The notes under the pieces are model-generated. The model saw only the letters and a list, made by a program, of their open reading frames with translations. It was not told the origin of the DNA and did no database searches. A stretch of DNA of 63,016 nt, the filler included, from Hyphochytrium catenoides (Eukaryota > Protista > Hyphochytriomycota), in the NCBI GenBank assembly GCA_900088475.1. It is 3 parts of 3 records of this genome, joined end to end, with 100 filler letters (N's around TTAATTAATTAA, not from the genome) between each part and the next. Parts side by side here need not be neighbours in the genome. Positions count along the whole stretch, not along the records: positions 1 to 25,582 come from FLMG01001558.1; positions 25,683 to 31,331 come from FLMG01002807.1; positions 31,432 to 63,016 come from FLMG01002385.1. One strand, written 5' to 3'. Position 1 is the stretch's first letter. Each line of letters begins with the position of its first letter. This document shows positions 21,080 through 34,400 of the stretch, in pieces. The translations under genes and the position numbers were made by a program.

Positions 21080-24000
21080 CTAAAATGGAAAGTCTCCTCC
21101 CAGATTGACCTTTGCGATGGGAATGGCAGGAAGCCGGTTATTGCTCTTCCTCAGTCTCATCTTCAGGCCATAGCTGATGTTGTCATCTCTCTCTCTCTCC
21201 GGCTTCTGAGGCGGCTGCATCTCTGCAAGAGGGATGGACTCTAGAGAGGATGGAGCAGATTTAGAGGATAACCCGTTCATCATGCGAGTTAGCTTGGCAA
21301 CAGTGACAGCTGATGGCTCAGGAGGGGCCTTCCATTCCCCTTGTCCTGCCTTCTCGCTGCCTCCTCCCCCACCGTTCCTCTTTCCAATGGCAGGGAGAAA
21401 GCCCACAGCTCCAGAGCCATCCATCAGCGCTTGGTCATCCTGAGATGCTCTTCTCCCTCCCAGAAGACGACTTTTCTCTTCGTCCAGGCTGTCATTTGAG
21501 TAGGCTAAGAGCTTGTTATAGTACCGAAGCTTCTCTTCATCTGTCGGCGGATAGAGCCGCAGGTAATCCTTCAGCTTTCCTTCCTCTAGGCCATCATGAT
21601 AGGGCGAAGACTCTTCTAGGACTTTCTCTATACTGCGAATGGTGGAGAGATTAATGTGACGCAGATCGTCTGCAGATGAGTCAAACTTCTTCTCCAACTT
21701 TTGGATCAACTCATCTTCCCTGTCCTGAATGAAAGTGAGAGACAGAGAGACACAGCGAGAGAAAGGGTGTGAGGCAAGCAGTAGTGCTATGAGGACGGGA
21801 GAGAACAGAGATTGAGAGAGTGAGAGTGAGAAAGCCAAGGATGGGACAGATAAAGGAGACGACTGGATTTTCTTGATGCATCTAAGACCGCTGCGGGAGA
21901 TATACGGCAACTGACAAGACTCGCCAGGGTGCCCAGAAACGGGAGAGAGAAATTGGCACCACCATCGCATAGTAATAGAGACAGAGCAAGAAAGAGGAAG
22001 AGATCGAGGTTGAGAGACATGGGAAAAGAGAGAGAGGGAGAGAGAGAGAGAGAAAGATCGCCTCGGAAAGATATATAGTCAGAAAAGAGAGAGAGAGGAG
22101 AAAGGTATATACCCTGTATTTCTCCATCAGTTGCGGGATGCGGTCCATCTTGTTCGGCCGGAACTCAAAGTAGAACTTCTCCACGAGGTCAAAGGTATCG
22201 ATCTGCTTCTTATACTTCAGACGAAGGAAAGACATCATCTCTCCCTCTCTCCCTGCATACTTTTGCAGGAGCTTGGACGTATCCTGCTTCTTCCCTGGAA
22301 GATACTTTGCATAGAAATCACCCATAATCTCTTCCCAGCTTTTCTCTTCTTTTCTCTCTTTATTAGGCTTCACAGAGCTCTTCTGTCCCTCTTTCTCAGC
22401 CGCAGAGGATGAATAGAGCCGTTGTTTTATCTTTGACGCGTGTCGCTGGGAAAACACTCTGGAAGAAAAGAGAAGCACGACACGTAAAAGGCTGGTCAGA
22501 AAGCGAGAGACAGACAGCCAGGCCGACGAGACGCTGGACCCAGCACAACGATTGAGGGAGAAAGAGGGACAAACTGGTATGCTTAATAGCGGTAGCAGTG
22601 CAGAGAGAGGGATGGAAGACGGGCCCATTGCATGCTGTACGAGAGAGACGAAGAGAGAAAGAGGTAAAGAAAGGCTGTCAACATGGACAGATAGACAGGA
22701 GGAGAGAATGAGAAGATCGGGAGAGAGAAAGAAGGAGACAGAAAAGAATATGAGGGAGGTAAAGTCAAGTCCCACCTCTTGTCTGACGGATTAATATCTA
22801 GCAGGTCCAACGCTTGGGCTATAAGGCGTCTCTTGATGTCTAAGTCCAGAGGAGAGTCAGAGTTGAAGCTGGGCAGCATGTTCACCTCCAGCAGCATCGG
22901 CTTCAGATTCTGATCTATAATCACGTCGGTCCCTAAGATGGCAAAGGCGTTGTTCCTCCATGGGCTCAGCTCTTCTTCTTCCTCTTGCTCCTCCTGCTCG
23001 TCTGTGGCTTTCTTCTCTCTCCCTTTCTTAAGCTGAGCTCCTGATTCATCATCGGAGAGGTCGCTATCGGAGAGACCCGACAATTCTCTTCTCTCTTTCT
23101 CTCTCTCCTCAGTCGTAGAAGAGGAAGAGGACGACGGAGTGGCAGTGACGCTTCCTGGTCTGCGCCAGTGGTTGCAATATTCGCTGGTCAACGTGGGCTG
23201 CACCGCTATGAGAGCTTTCAGAAGGACGTCTTCAATCTTTGCCCAGAGAGTGTCGGAGGCCTCCTGACCGTGCTCTGAGGCAATCCACTTGAAGAACCAG
23301 CGCAGACTAGGAGAACGGCATCGAGTGAGATCGCGGGGAGAAGGGAGAGGAAAGGGAGAAAACGATATGTGGAGAATAGAAGAGGGAGAGGGAGAGTTTG
23401 AGGAAGGTAAGAGCGGGAGCGTACAAGCCCAAAAGAACGAGGAATGAGAGGGAGAGGAGAGCAGGAGAGAAGAAAGTAAGATAGTTATGCAATCAGGAGC
23501 AGGCAAGAAAGGGGAGGGAGGGACGAGGAGAAAGAATAAGAGCAAGAGAGCCAGGGAGCTGGAGAAAGAGAGAGTGAGAGAGAGTTACAGTGCGAAGAGC
23601 AGGACGTAACCTTCCAATGCTTTTGAGAGAATAACGATGAAAGGACCATACGGCAAAGTACCCTCTGCCATAGGCAAAGAAGGGAAGAGCAGCGTCGAGG
23701 CTAGGCAAACGCTTCGCTTTGGCTCACCTTCTCTTACTTCCCTGGCCGTCCTCGAGCGCATCCTTATTATATTCAAACTTATCGTTCTTCTTGTTTACCG
23801 CGTAGTTGGTCAGATGCATGCAGCGATCCTCGAGGTTCTTAGCGTTGGGCGCAGTGTAAGGGTTCGTGCACATCCGCACGAGCCCGTCATTGAAGATGTA
23901 CGCCCGGAGAGGGTAGCAGGAGGTCACCAACAGATAGACACGGAGGTCAAACTTGAAGCCGCTGGAAGGGAAGAGAGAGAGAGAGAGGGAGATAAAGAGA

Positions 24001-24669
24001 CCAGTTAGGGTAAGAGAGAGACAATGCGGTGGGAGGTCTAAAGGAAGACAAGTCGTATGGAGACGGCGCCTCACTTGATTAGCAGAGGGTTCTTCAGATA
24101 CTTCTGCGCCACGCAGACCTCTGACAGGTTAACTTCCTCGAGGTCGCGCACCATGTAAATACCCTTGCCCTGTGAGAGAGAGAGAGAGAGAGAAAGGCAA
24201 TTAGTCGTCAAGCCTCCTAACTCTTTCTTCTTTCCTGTCTGGCTCGTGCGTGGCCCATCATGGAACCCCTGGGGTCTCCTTCTCTCTCTTCTGTGTCTCT
24301 CTCACTTTATCTGCCAACATCTCTGTCTCTCTCGCGCTGTCCCAGCTTCAGAGCCGGTTGCGTTTCCCTTACCTGACACTTGGCATCAGGCTTGATAATG
24401 AAGATGGAGGAAGATTTGCCGTTAGCATCAAACTGCTCTTTGAACGCGGGCAGATCTGTGGGCAACACCCAGGTCTTGGGCGTGAAGTCATAATCCTCAG
24501 GGAAGCGCTTCCTCATGCGACTCAACGTGCGAGAGAGCTTGGCTTTCCGAGCAATATGCGGCATTCCTTAAGAAGATGAAGCAAAGGCAAGCTGTGTAAG
24601 ACCAAAGAAGGAAGGTCCACGCAGTGAGTTAACTCAAGACGTGAGACAGAGGAACTTAGGGTTGGAAGA

Positions 24670-24714
<45 letters not shown>

Positions 24715-25343
24715 GAGGAAGAAAAGAGTCCTGTCTGTGTGAAGTCAGCGTTATGCTAGGTAGGTCTGGAGTCTTCCCTACCAGGAATGTGATTGACCTT
24801 CTCCCATCCTTGAATGCGCTTGAAGTGCTCTTGGATGGTTCCTTTGTCTATCCAGTACAGGTTGCACTGTGCAAACTCGTTCAGATCTTCCTCTGTCTCA
24901 TCATACTTCCAGCCGCGCTCCGTGGCGCATCGCCGGACAACCTCATACATGCACTGCGATAGGTTGACGGTAACGCCATCGCCTTTCTTCGATGGCCGCG
25001 TGCGCTTTCTGGCCACGGTGTTGGCTGCTAAGGGCTTGCTATCAGCTCGTCTGGCAGGGTCTTTGCCCTTTGCTTGGCTCTGAGGTTGAGAGGATGAGGT
25101 CGGAGATCTGTGGGCAGCTTGGCTGTTAGAAGGATCCTCATTCTCTTCTTCTGTCGCATCTGAGCGAGCACTGTCGCTTCCCTTGCTCTCCTGGTCCTGG
25201 TCTGCCTCAGGAGCGGTAGACCGTACAATCTTGACCTTCAATGGCTGCGAGCCGCTGGACCCTCTGGTGCTTTTGGAGGTGACGAAGGAGCTCTCCTCCT
25301 TCGTCTCCAGCTCGTCCCACTGATTGTCTGTCATAGCACTCAT
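21080..25343 (-). CDS. Tubulin polyglutamylase, TTLL6/TTLL13-like, about 7 exons
   Basis: Exons approx. 25343-24782 (NLYW...KVNHIPG), 24566-24373 (IARK...FTPKTWVLP...IIKPDAKCQ), 24169-24075 (GKGIY...VAQKYLKNPLLI), 23961-23729 (KFDLRVYLLVTS...DGLVRMCT...MHLTNYAVNK...GSKR), 23307-22776 (ILGTDVIID...LLEVNMLPSF..DS.LD..IK), 22460-22113, 21725-21080 (YLRLYPP). GT-AG boundaries. Confidence 0.92.
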
Positions 25344-25582
25344 CTACCAAGGCAGGAGCAGCCTCATGCCACTGGGCTGGAACGGCTGAGGAAAAAGAGG
25401 ACTGGAAGATGCGAGAGACAAAAGCTTGTTGAGACTTCCCATTGCCGAGGGTTTACGCTCGATATTGACTAGTCTGTAAGAGAAAAGTGGAGCGGTGTAC
25501 GACGCGAGGTGCCAGCCGCGTCGATGTGATGGTCGACGAAGGGGCCAAAGAGAGAGAGAGAAACAAAGAGAGAGAGAGAGAG

Positions 25583-25682
25583 NNNNNNNNNNNNNNNNNN
25601 NNNNNNNNNNNNNNNNNNNNNNNNNNTTAATTAATTAANNNNNNNNNNNNNNNNNNNNNNNNNNNNNNNNNNNNNNNNNNNN
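25583..25682. other. Artificial scaffold-concatenation linker
   Basis: 44 N + TTAATTAATTAA (stops in all six frames, 25627-25638) + 44 N = 100 bp. Confidence 0.95.
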
Positions 25683-26142
25683 TTCAAGGTTATTGATTTA
25701 AAAATAAAGCTTACTACTTCTAATCAAAGAGGTAGGGAGAAAGAGGGGAAGGAAAACCTGCCTCATCCTTCTCCTGTTATTACAGAAGATAGAGGAAGTC
25801 AGCTTTATAAATTCTCCCTCCTGCTCTTTTTATAACTACTGCTATAAGACTGTTACTACTACTGAAGAAGGTAAAGGAGAAGGAGAAGAAGAAGGGGAAA
25901 AGAAGGGAGAAGAAGCAGAAGAGACAAAACGCTATAAAGTCCTCGGCTCTTCTTCAACAACACGTTCTCGTCCGCCACAATCAACATCGGAAAAGGAAGA
26001 ATCATCATAGTTGAACTCTTTCGGCGATCATAATAGGAGACAGAGGAGCTGAAGAAGAAGAGGGCGTAGGCGCCGAGACCATCGTCATCATCGCGCTCAA
26101 TCATGCAAGCTAGAGCGGCGTCGAAAAAAGTCAGGGCATTTG

Positions 26143-26800
26143 TCAACCGAGATCAATGACCAATAGGACGGAAAGCATCAGGAGCGGCACGATCACTCTG
26201 AAAGCCTGACCAGCTGTTGCACACAGTCCAAAACATAGGACATAGCACCACCAAAAGACTCCCACACTAGCGGCACAAACTGTAACCCCACAGCCTCCTG
26301 GTGGCAGGGACACTCGTACTTCCTCGACTTTTTTTCTTTCAAAGGTAATTGACTGAGGCTTACTACTACTAGTCAAAGAGGGAGGGAGAAAGAGAAGAAG
26401 AAGAAAGAAAATTAACAGGAGAAGAAAGAGGAGGAGCGATTCAGTGATACAAAGTTTAGAAGAACAGTACTAACTAAGAAAAAGTAAGGGAAGAAGAGGA
26501 AGGAGGGGAAGAGCAAGAAGGGGAAGAAGAAGAAGAAGAGGAAGAAGAGACAAGAGCTACAAAGTCCTGGACTCTTCTTCAATAAAGAGTCATTAATGCC
26601 TTTGCAAACCGAGACCAATGACCAAGAGGTCGAGAAGCATCAAGAGCGGCACGATCGCACTGAAGCTTAACCAGCTGTTGCTTGCACACAGTCCAAGACA
26701 TAGGGCATAGTAGCACCACCAACAAAAGACTCCCAGGCGGCTCAAACTGTAGCCCCACAGCCTGATGGTAGGGACTCTCGTACTGCCTCAACTTCGCTTT
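26143..26800. repeat. Local direct duplication: 26143-26330 matches 26604-26797
   Basis: ACCGAGA.CAATGACCAA, GAGCGGCACGATC, CCAGCTGTTGC, CACACAGTCCAA, CAAAAGACTCCCA, CAAACTGTA.CCCCACAGCCT, CTCGTACT.CCTC are colinear in both copies. Confidence 0.85.
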
Positions 26801-27879
26801 CTCAGACAAACGACCCTGATAGCCGGTATGGATGGGTGCATCGGGAAGGGCTCTGGATCGCAGGGAATCCGTGACGGACACATCAAAGGCAGAGTACTGA
26901 TAGGAAGAAGTCAGGAAGCCACGAACCAACAAATCTCTTTCTTATAACATGTACAGCTGAGTCAAACTGCTACTGCACTCAATAATATCGCCCCGTACGA
27001 GTATAATAAATAATGACGACGACGGCTAGCTTCATGCAGGCTTGACCCGCAAGCTGAAGGCAGGCTATTTGTTAATAGATGGCTCGCTTCTTACGGGGGA
27101 AGATCCGTCAGCTTAATAAAGAAGGTTAACCGGGGCTCAGCTCATACAGGCGTAGGGGTTATCTCCTAGCCTTGAGACCGACGACAGATACACGGGTTGC
27201 GCCCACAGGTGTAGAGTCGTCAACCTACGTCGTCGGGATAACTTTAGAAGACAAGGCTACTAACAATAGACGACGGCGAGCCTCATAATATGGACGGCCT
27301 GGCCCGCCAGCTGCTGAAAGCAGGGCAGTAAACAGACGAACCACCTCTGTATTATGTGGCGAGCCATCGTTTTTTACTTTTTTTATCAGCCACAAAAGCG
27401 AAGAGAAGAATGATGAGCCTCGTCCGCGGTGAGGAGCCCGTCTGCCGCCGATAGACAATGAGAGAGCCACCGTCTTTGGTGCATCAGAGCTGAGGAGTTA
27501 TTAGTTGTTCTTCTTTTTCCATCGCGACGACTACCACTTCGTGGAGCGGGACGAACAGCAATCCTGGCAAGGAAACCAAGATCTGATACAGGTAGATGCT
27601 GCCGCCAAAACATGCATCTCGTTCTGGTCCTGGACTACATAGAATTTTCCGTCATCGGCTGAACCTTGAGTCCTATGATCAGTGGTGATCGCCCAGTAGA
27701 GCCTTGAAAGAAGCTGCTGTTGGGGCTTTTCCGTAGCATCTCGTGTTCCGGGTGGTATCCTCCTCGTAGGCTATTTGAGGCCACGCCAGCAAGTCCTCCT
27801 GTGGGTGGAGCGACAGCAACTGGAAGTTGAACCCGAGCACAGCCTAATTGTTGTTCTACTACTCGAACTCTTCTTGGCC

Positions 27880-28190
27880 TTGAGGCTGCAGGCAGTCACC
27901 AGCGCACAGCAGCAGGTGGTGGCTGGAGGCAATGACTATAAACTGGGCCTCATGCTCGTGCCGCGATATGGCCCTTGCAGGGAGATCCAGGCCACCGCCG
28001 TGGTGANNNNNNNNNNNNNNNNNNNNNNNNNNNNNNNNNNNGCAACGATGGCGTGGAACTGAAACGAGTCATCTCCGCAGAGAAGCAGGTGGTGGCTGGG
28101 ACGAACTATCGGACGCTGCTGGAAGTTAAGAGGCTGACGGCGGCTGGCCCGGTCTTTAAGGTGACAGCTGGTAGTGTTCTGCAACCTTCA
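27880..28190 (+). pseudogene. Tandem cystatin-like (QVVAG) domains, probably decayed; assembly gap between the two
   Basis: LQAVTSAQQQVVAGGNDYKLGL (QVVAG at 27913) and LKRVISAEKQVVAGTNYRTLLEV (QVVAG at 28086) match the cystatin QxVxG-x-NY loop. Confidence 0.68.
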
Positions 28191-29399
28191 GGGCGGGGCA
28201 GCATTCACTCATCTCGTGGACCCAGAATCCACGATGATGGACGGCCAACTGACTTCTGCCTTGCTTCTGCTGGTGGCCTGAGCAGTCTCTTATCCTCTCC
28301 AGCGCCGCCATTAGGGCGCGGCAAGAAGAAGATGTACACTTTGATATATAAGAAAGGAATAATTATTGATTTGAACAATTTGGAGACATCAGCAGCGCTG
28401 CTCCTCTGGTTCAGATGCTCTGGGTTTCATGCCGCTCTTGCTGAGGTATCGGCATTACTTCTCCTCCCTGGAGAGATCTGGAGATCCTTCTCCTCTTCCT
28501 GGTGAACAGAGCTCTCATCATCATAAGTTCGTTACTCTTCTTCCTTCTAATTCTGATGACTTTTCAAACGGCACTTCTTCCCACCGAGTTAGGCGGACGG
28601 AGGTGACGTTGGACATGGTAGCTTGCTGCGGCACAAGGTCTCTTCTGATCTGTGATGATTAGCTTCTCTCGTCTTTAGAGGTGGCTGTATGGGTCGTGAT
28701 GACGCCTGCCCGTCGTGAGGTTACATGGAGGAGGACACCCGGCTCCTTGGCCAAGCTCATCTCCTGCCCTGCTGCCCATAAGGCAAGGGAAGCAGTAGAA
28801 GTAAGTGGGGCTGGGTGCTGCATCATCCTCTGCTAGGCTGCTTGGGCTCTTTATGGAGCGTCAGACTACTCATCAGCGCGGCGGTCCATTCTGCTCTGCA
28901 CTGTGATCATCAGCCTGTGGTCGTTGGGCGGCATCAGCAGCCTGCAGATCCTCAATCTATGTTCTGTTGCCAAGCTTACAGAGCCCAAGAAGGGCGGAAG
29001 ATCGCCCTTCATCACTGGTTTGGTCGGTGAGGCGCTATCTACGATATCGACGAGCCACGCAAAGACTTTCACAAGGAGGTTGGAAGTTAGACACCGGAAG
29101 AAAGGGGAAGAGCCAGATTTGGTGAAGAATGAGACAAAGAAAGAACCACGCTCGACTAACGAGGCCAGATGCAGGAAAAAGAAAGGATGATGACCAACAA
29201 AAAAGGAGGAGGAAGTTTGAGCCTCACTAGATGACGTGGCGGAGGAGCAAGGCCGGAGGAGAGCAGGAGGTCCAGCACGAAGGAGGAGGAGGAGCACAAG
29301 GAGCAGCAGGCAGACGCCAGCTCAATTAGAATCCCTGGCGAGAGAGAGAAGCATATCCGCGCGGCGACAAATGATGATCGCATGGAAGTACGAGACGTC

Positions 29400-29715
29400 T
29401 TTCCTTCTTCATTTCATTTGCTGGCACCACTGAGACTGTCCCCATCATCACTCCAGGCAGTAGGCGTCGCCTGCGTTATGAAGAGTAGACGTGGTCCATA
29501 ATAAGACGCAGCCACCGTCGCCGATGACACTCTTTCGGCATGTTTAGCTGATAGTACGAGGCCTGGATCTTGCCTGTTATTATCCTTATAATATTATAGG
29601 GCAACGGGATGATGAGCACTTTTTGCCGCGCTCATCACCGCCGCGCCGCGCCGCGCGCCGCGCTAATCTGCAATAATCTCTCTTCATAATCTCTATCGGA
29701 CCTGCATACTCACTC
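29400..29715. repeat. Second copy of the 7740-7985 repeat
   Basis: Same blocks as 7740-7985, with expansions such as CCGCGCCGCGCCGCGCGCCGCG and TTATTAT. Confidence 0.7.
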
Positions 29716-29914
29716 TTGATATCTAGAAGCTACTAAAGAAGAATGAAGAAGAAGGAGAGGGTGTGAGGCCAGCAAGGGCTCCAAGGAAATCCGCAATCGT
29801 CTCTCTCGTCCAGCTGCTATCTTCCTAGTAGCCAGTGTCTTTCTCTTTTCACACCGCGTGTCGTCAGCGCGATCCCACAGGGACCATCACTGATGTGACG
29901 GATCTTCTGTCAAG

Positions 29915-29966
<52 letters not shown>

Positions 29967-30565
29967 AAAAAGAGAGAGAGAAGAAGAGATATTCCTGGGC
30001 AATATTATCATCAGCGCGGAGCCCAGGTTGTCAACCTCTGAATGTCTTCGGCGGCACCACGAGGAGGCGTTCTCGAGCCAATCTCTGGGAGGAGGAGGAG
30101 TCTCTCGCCGACGGAGCCTTTTCTTTCTTCTGAGCTATCGTTATCATCATTCCACCTAATCCTCTCTCTCCTCTCTCTCGCTCCTCTCTCTTTCTTCCTC
30201 TCTCTCTCCTCTCTCTCTTTCTTTTTCTCTCTTTTTCTTTCGTTCTCGACTCTCTCTCTTCTGTTTGCTCTTTCTTTCTCTCTCTTTCATTCTTCCTTTC
30301 TCTCTCTCCCTCTCTTTGACTTTCTCTTTCTCTTCTGTCTCTCTCTCTCTCTCTTCTCACAAGGTCACGCCCAAAGCCTATTATTATCATATTCTTATGG
30401 CTCTTCCTCCTCCTGCCCCAAGGATCGCCAAGGACCAGGCAGCCCAGCAGTTGAGAATGCGCGTAGACGCCGCGTCGGCCGCTGGTTCTGCCGCCGCCAA
30501 GAGGAAACACTAGAGGAGAAGTCTGAAGAAGGAGGAGAAAGAAGCTAACTCTGGGTCCGTGCAGT

Positions 30566-30603
<38 letters not shown>

Positions 30604-30705
30604 TCTCTCTTATCTCAATCTCTCTCTCTCGTTCGCCTCTTTTCTTTTCTCCCGTTTCTCCTCGTGCTTCCTCTTTCTGTCGACCCAAGACGACGACGGG
30701 CACCC

Positions 30706-30742
<37 letters not shown>

Positions 30743-31292
30743 TTCCCCGCTCTGTCCTTCCCTCCCTCCGTTGTTTCTGCCCTACTTCGTCGTCTCTCTT
30801 CCCCTCTCATTCTTTCTTCTGTTTCTTCTCCTAATGATTACGTCTCGCTTGTCTTTCTCTCACTTGTCGTTCCTCTCTCTCTCTCCTCTCTTTTTCTCTC
30901 ACTTGTTCTCTCTTCGCCTCTTCTTCTTCTTCTTCTTTCTCTCTCTCTCTTTTGTCAATCGCGTCCGTTGGCAAATATACCGTTAGCAGCTCTCTAGCGG
31001 CTCTTTAGCCAGTGACAGGATTTCGGATCTGGTTTGTCCGTTGTACCGTAGACTCAAGGCAAGTACTGTTTCTTAGAACCGCTATAAGTAAACTCTTAGG
31101 CATGATAGTAGTAATACGGCAGAGCTGAGGTCTACTCTATGTTAATACCAGGGGCAGGTGGTGTGATAACACCAGCTCTGAGGAAGACAGAGTCCAAGAG
31201 AGAGGAAGAGAGAGAGAGAGAAAGAGAGAGAGAGTGAGAGAGTGAGAAAGAAAGAGAGAGTGAGAGAGAAAGAGAGAGAGAGAGAAAGAGAG

Positions 31293-31325
<33 letters not shown>

Positions 31326-31331
31326 CAGAAA

Positions 31332-31431
31332 NNNNNNNNNNNNNNNNNNNNNNNNNNNNNNNNNNNNNNNNNNNNTTAATTAATTAANNNNNNNNNNNNN
31401 NNNNNNNNNNNNNNNNNNNNNNNNNNNNNNN
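31332..31431. other. Artificial scaffold-concatenation linker
   Basis: 44 N + TTAATTAATTAA (31376-31387) + 44 N. Confidence 0.95.
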
Positions 31432-34400
31432 GCTCCTAGTCTTCTTTTTCTTAGGAGGAAGAGCAGCTGGGAGCTCATCCTGATCTTCTCTTCTCTTTCC
31501 TTCTTCTCCTGGCATCGTCCTTAAGAGAAAGAGAAGTTGGCATCCCAGGCGCACAACAAGACGCTTCTTGGAGAGAGACGAGGCGTCAGGCTTAGGACGA
31601 GGACAGAGAGAGACAGCTTGGGGCAGCGGAGGGTCATTCTGGAGACGCAGCAGAGAGAGACATCCCTTCTTTTGAGTTGCGGGAGAGAGGCGAGATGATG
31701 CTTGAGAGAGGGATTGACCGTCTTTCTCTGAGCCCTTTAGCTGCTTGTGATCATCCGAGTCTTTCTTCCTGTCTGCTCGGGCAGGAAGGACTGGCAGCTC
31801 CTGTCCTGGGAAAGCTTCTTCATAGCCCGCGACTGCCTCTCGCAGTCCGTCAGAAAGCAGGGAGCTTTGAGGGAAAGACCGGCAGCCGTCCAAGAAGAGA
31901 TGGACGGCATTAACATAGTGCTGAGCAACCCAGAAGAGAGAGAGAGAGGGACAAGAGGGTGAGAGAGAAAGAAAAAGAAGGAGAAAGCGTCAGTGATCAA
32001 AGAAGAAAACCAACGTAAGTGAAGCGCGACAGCCCATCCTCTAGAAAAGCATTTCTCTCTCTACTTTCCCTTTCTCCCTCTCTCGCCCTCTTCTCGTCCT
32101 CATCTTCTTCATTAGTTTCTCCTCGTTTGTCTCGCCGTAGTTCCACCTTCCCTCCTTCCGTGCCTGACCTTGTGTCGCAGAAGATAATGTCCAACTTCCA
32201 TGACAATCTCTGCTTTCTCAGCTCCCGAGGAGAGAGTATATGCCCGACTGAGGTCTTGCTCAGCAAAGCGGCACCGTCCCATCTGTTGAAGAAACAGTGA
32301 GAGAGTAAGACCTGCCAATCAAGCAGAACGGGATCCCAGAGATAAGGAGATAACGAGATAACGAGAGAGAGAGAGAGAGAGAGAAAGAGAAAGAAAGAAC
32401 AAGACGTCCACCAGGCTTTCTCCCTCTTTTTGCTGCCTCCAACAAGGCAGCACTACTCGCTGGTCAAAAAAACTAGAAGGAGAAGAGTTTAACAGAAACA
32501 AGAGAAGACAGAGAGACACCAGCAACGAGAGAGAGGGAAGACAGAGGTAGTAGTGTGCGGGAGAGAATGCGAGAGAGGTCCACGAGGGCCCCAAAAAAAA
32601 GGAAAGAAAGAGAGAAAAGAATTGCAAGAGAGACAGGGACACCAGCTCTTCTTCCTTACCTGCTCATAGCAAAGGGCGCGCCTTATGTATAGATCAAGGT
32701 CTAAAGTCAACAAGAGAAGAAAGAGTGAGTCCAGCAGACAGACAGATCACAGAGCACCATAGACAACTAAGAAGAGAAGATATGACAAAGAAAAGAGACC
32801 GGAAGAGAGAGACACAGGGAGGAGAAGGAAGCGCCATGTGTGCTGAGGGACAGAACAAGTCAGCAGTTTCTTACCCAGCTTCCCTTTGTCGGGGAAGAAT
32901 CTTTTGAGTGCTCTGTTTGCCTTCAGAGCCTGGGTGAAGGGCTGCAGTGCCCGCTGGAACTTTCCTAGAAGAGTTGATAATGGAGATAAGTCCTTAAACG
33001 GTCTCTCTCTCTCTCGTGCTTGCTGGTCTATCTCTATTTTCTCTCCCTCGTTCTCTCTTCTTTTGCCAGCCTTAGGGTACTCCATAGGGAAGAGTCGTTC
33101 TTAGAACTCCTTTTCTGTCCTTCTCTCACTTTCTATCTCTGCCTCTCGTTCACTGTTCCTCGTTCTCTGTCTCTCTCTGCTGTTTCTCTCACTCTCTTGC
33201 TCTGCGTTAGTGGGCTTATCCTTGTCTGTTCCGTTCTTACTGACCTTCGTCAGAGAGCTTCGTTCCTTCATTCTTGAGTCTCACTATCTTCAGCAGCATA
33301 TAATCCCTGAGAGAACGGTGCATGACGAGGCAGCACAGAGGGGAAAGAAGAGAAAAGAAAGAGCAAAAAGTCAACGGTAGGAAGACCCCAGCAAAGGATG
33401 TCAGTGGTGGTGAGACCAAGCATAATCACCTTTTACTAGAACTATTGCAGCAGAAAGGATGAGCGAGTATGTGTGCGTGAGAGAGGGGAAGAAAGACTAT
33501 GAAGACAGTGAAGAAAAGGGCAGCGATCTTCCTCTTTGGAGGATGACTTACAGGGCTGACTCTTTCAGCGCAAAGTCCTTGATTCCAAGCGCCTGGATGG
33601 TAGCCTCCTTGTAGCAGCCTTTGTCAATAAGAGCCTGGGTGGCGCGCGCGGGACAATAGAGAGAGATGGAAAGAGAAGATCTGCTCGGTCAGAAAGGGAA
33701 AATCCTCCGACGACAACACTTTCTTCTCTTCCTTGTTCTTACGTCTGCCAAGAGTGCACGGAGTTCGTCGATTGCCTTGATCTCAAAGAGAGGCTTTCTG
33801 CCAGATTTAGCTAGACGTAGTGCAGCTCTGGATCAACAGGAAGCAACGGGGAAGAAGGCCCAGACAAAGGTAAGAAGAGGAGGCAATATAAGAGACTATC
33901 CTGGCCTAACGTAGCAGTGTGAGGCTGAATCCTTAGAGAGCAAGAGCCAGACGACGGAAACGGCGTAGGAAGAGAGAGAGCGTGAGTCAGAGAAGACATG
34001 GACGCCAAAGGCGAGAGAGAAGCACGTCGGAACAACATGGATTATTAGACAATGCTTTTTTGGCACCTAAGATCATCCACTCGGCCCCAGGCGTCTTCTA
34101 AGACCTCGAGCGTGAGGGCTCGACGCAGAAAGAGCTCAGCCCGAAGCCTATCAGCAGTCCGGGAGAGTCCCTCATCTTCTAATGCGGCAAGAGCCTTGGT
34201 GTATGTGCGCTGGTGGGCAGACAGCAGTAACAGATGATCATCCCAGCAGTAAAAGAAGAAGGGAAGGAGAGATAGAGGATGAAGAGAAACGGGATTAGAA
34301 GTGATTTATAAAAGAGAAAGAGGAAAATTATGAAGAAGAAAGACAGAACGCGACACACAGACGTTTAAAAGAAAGAAAAGAGCAATGGCACAACGACAGA

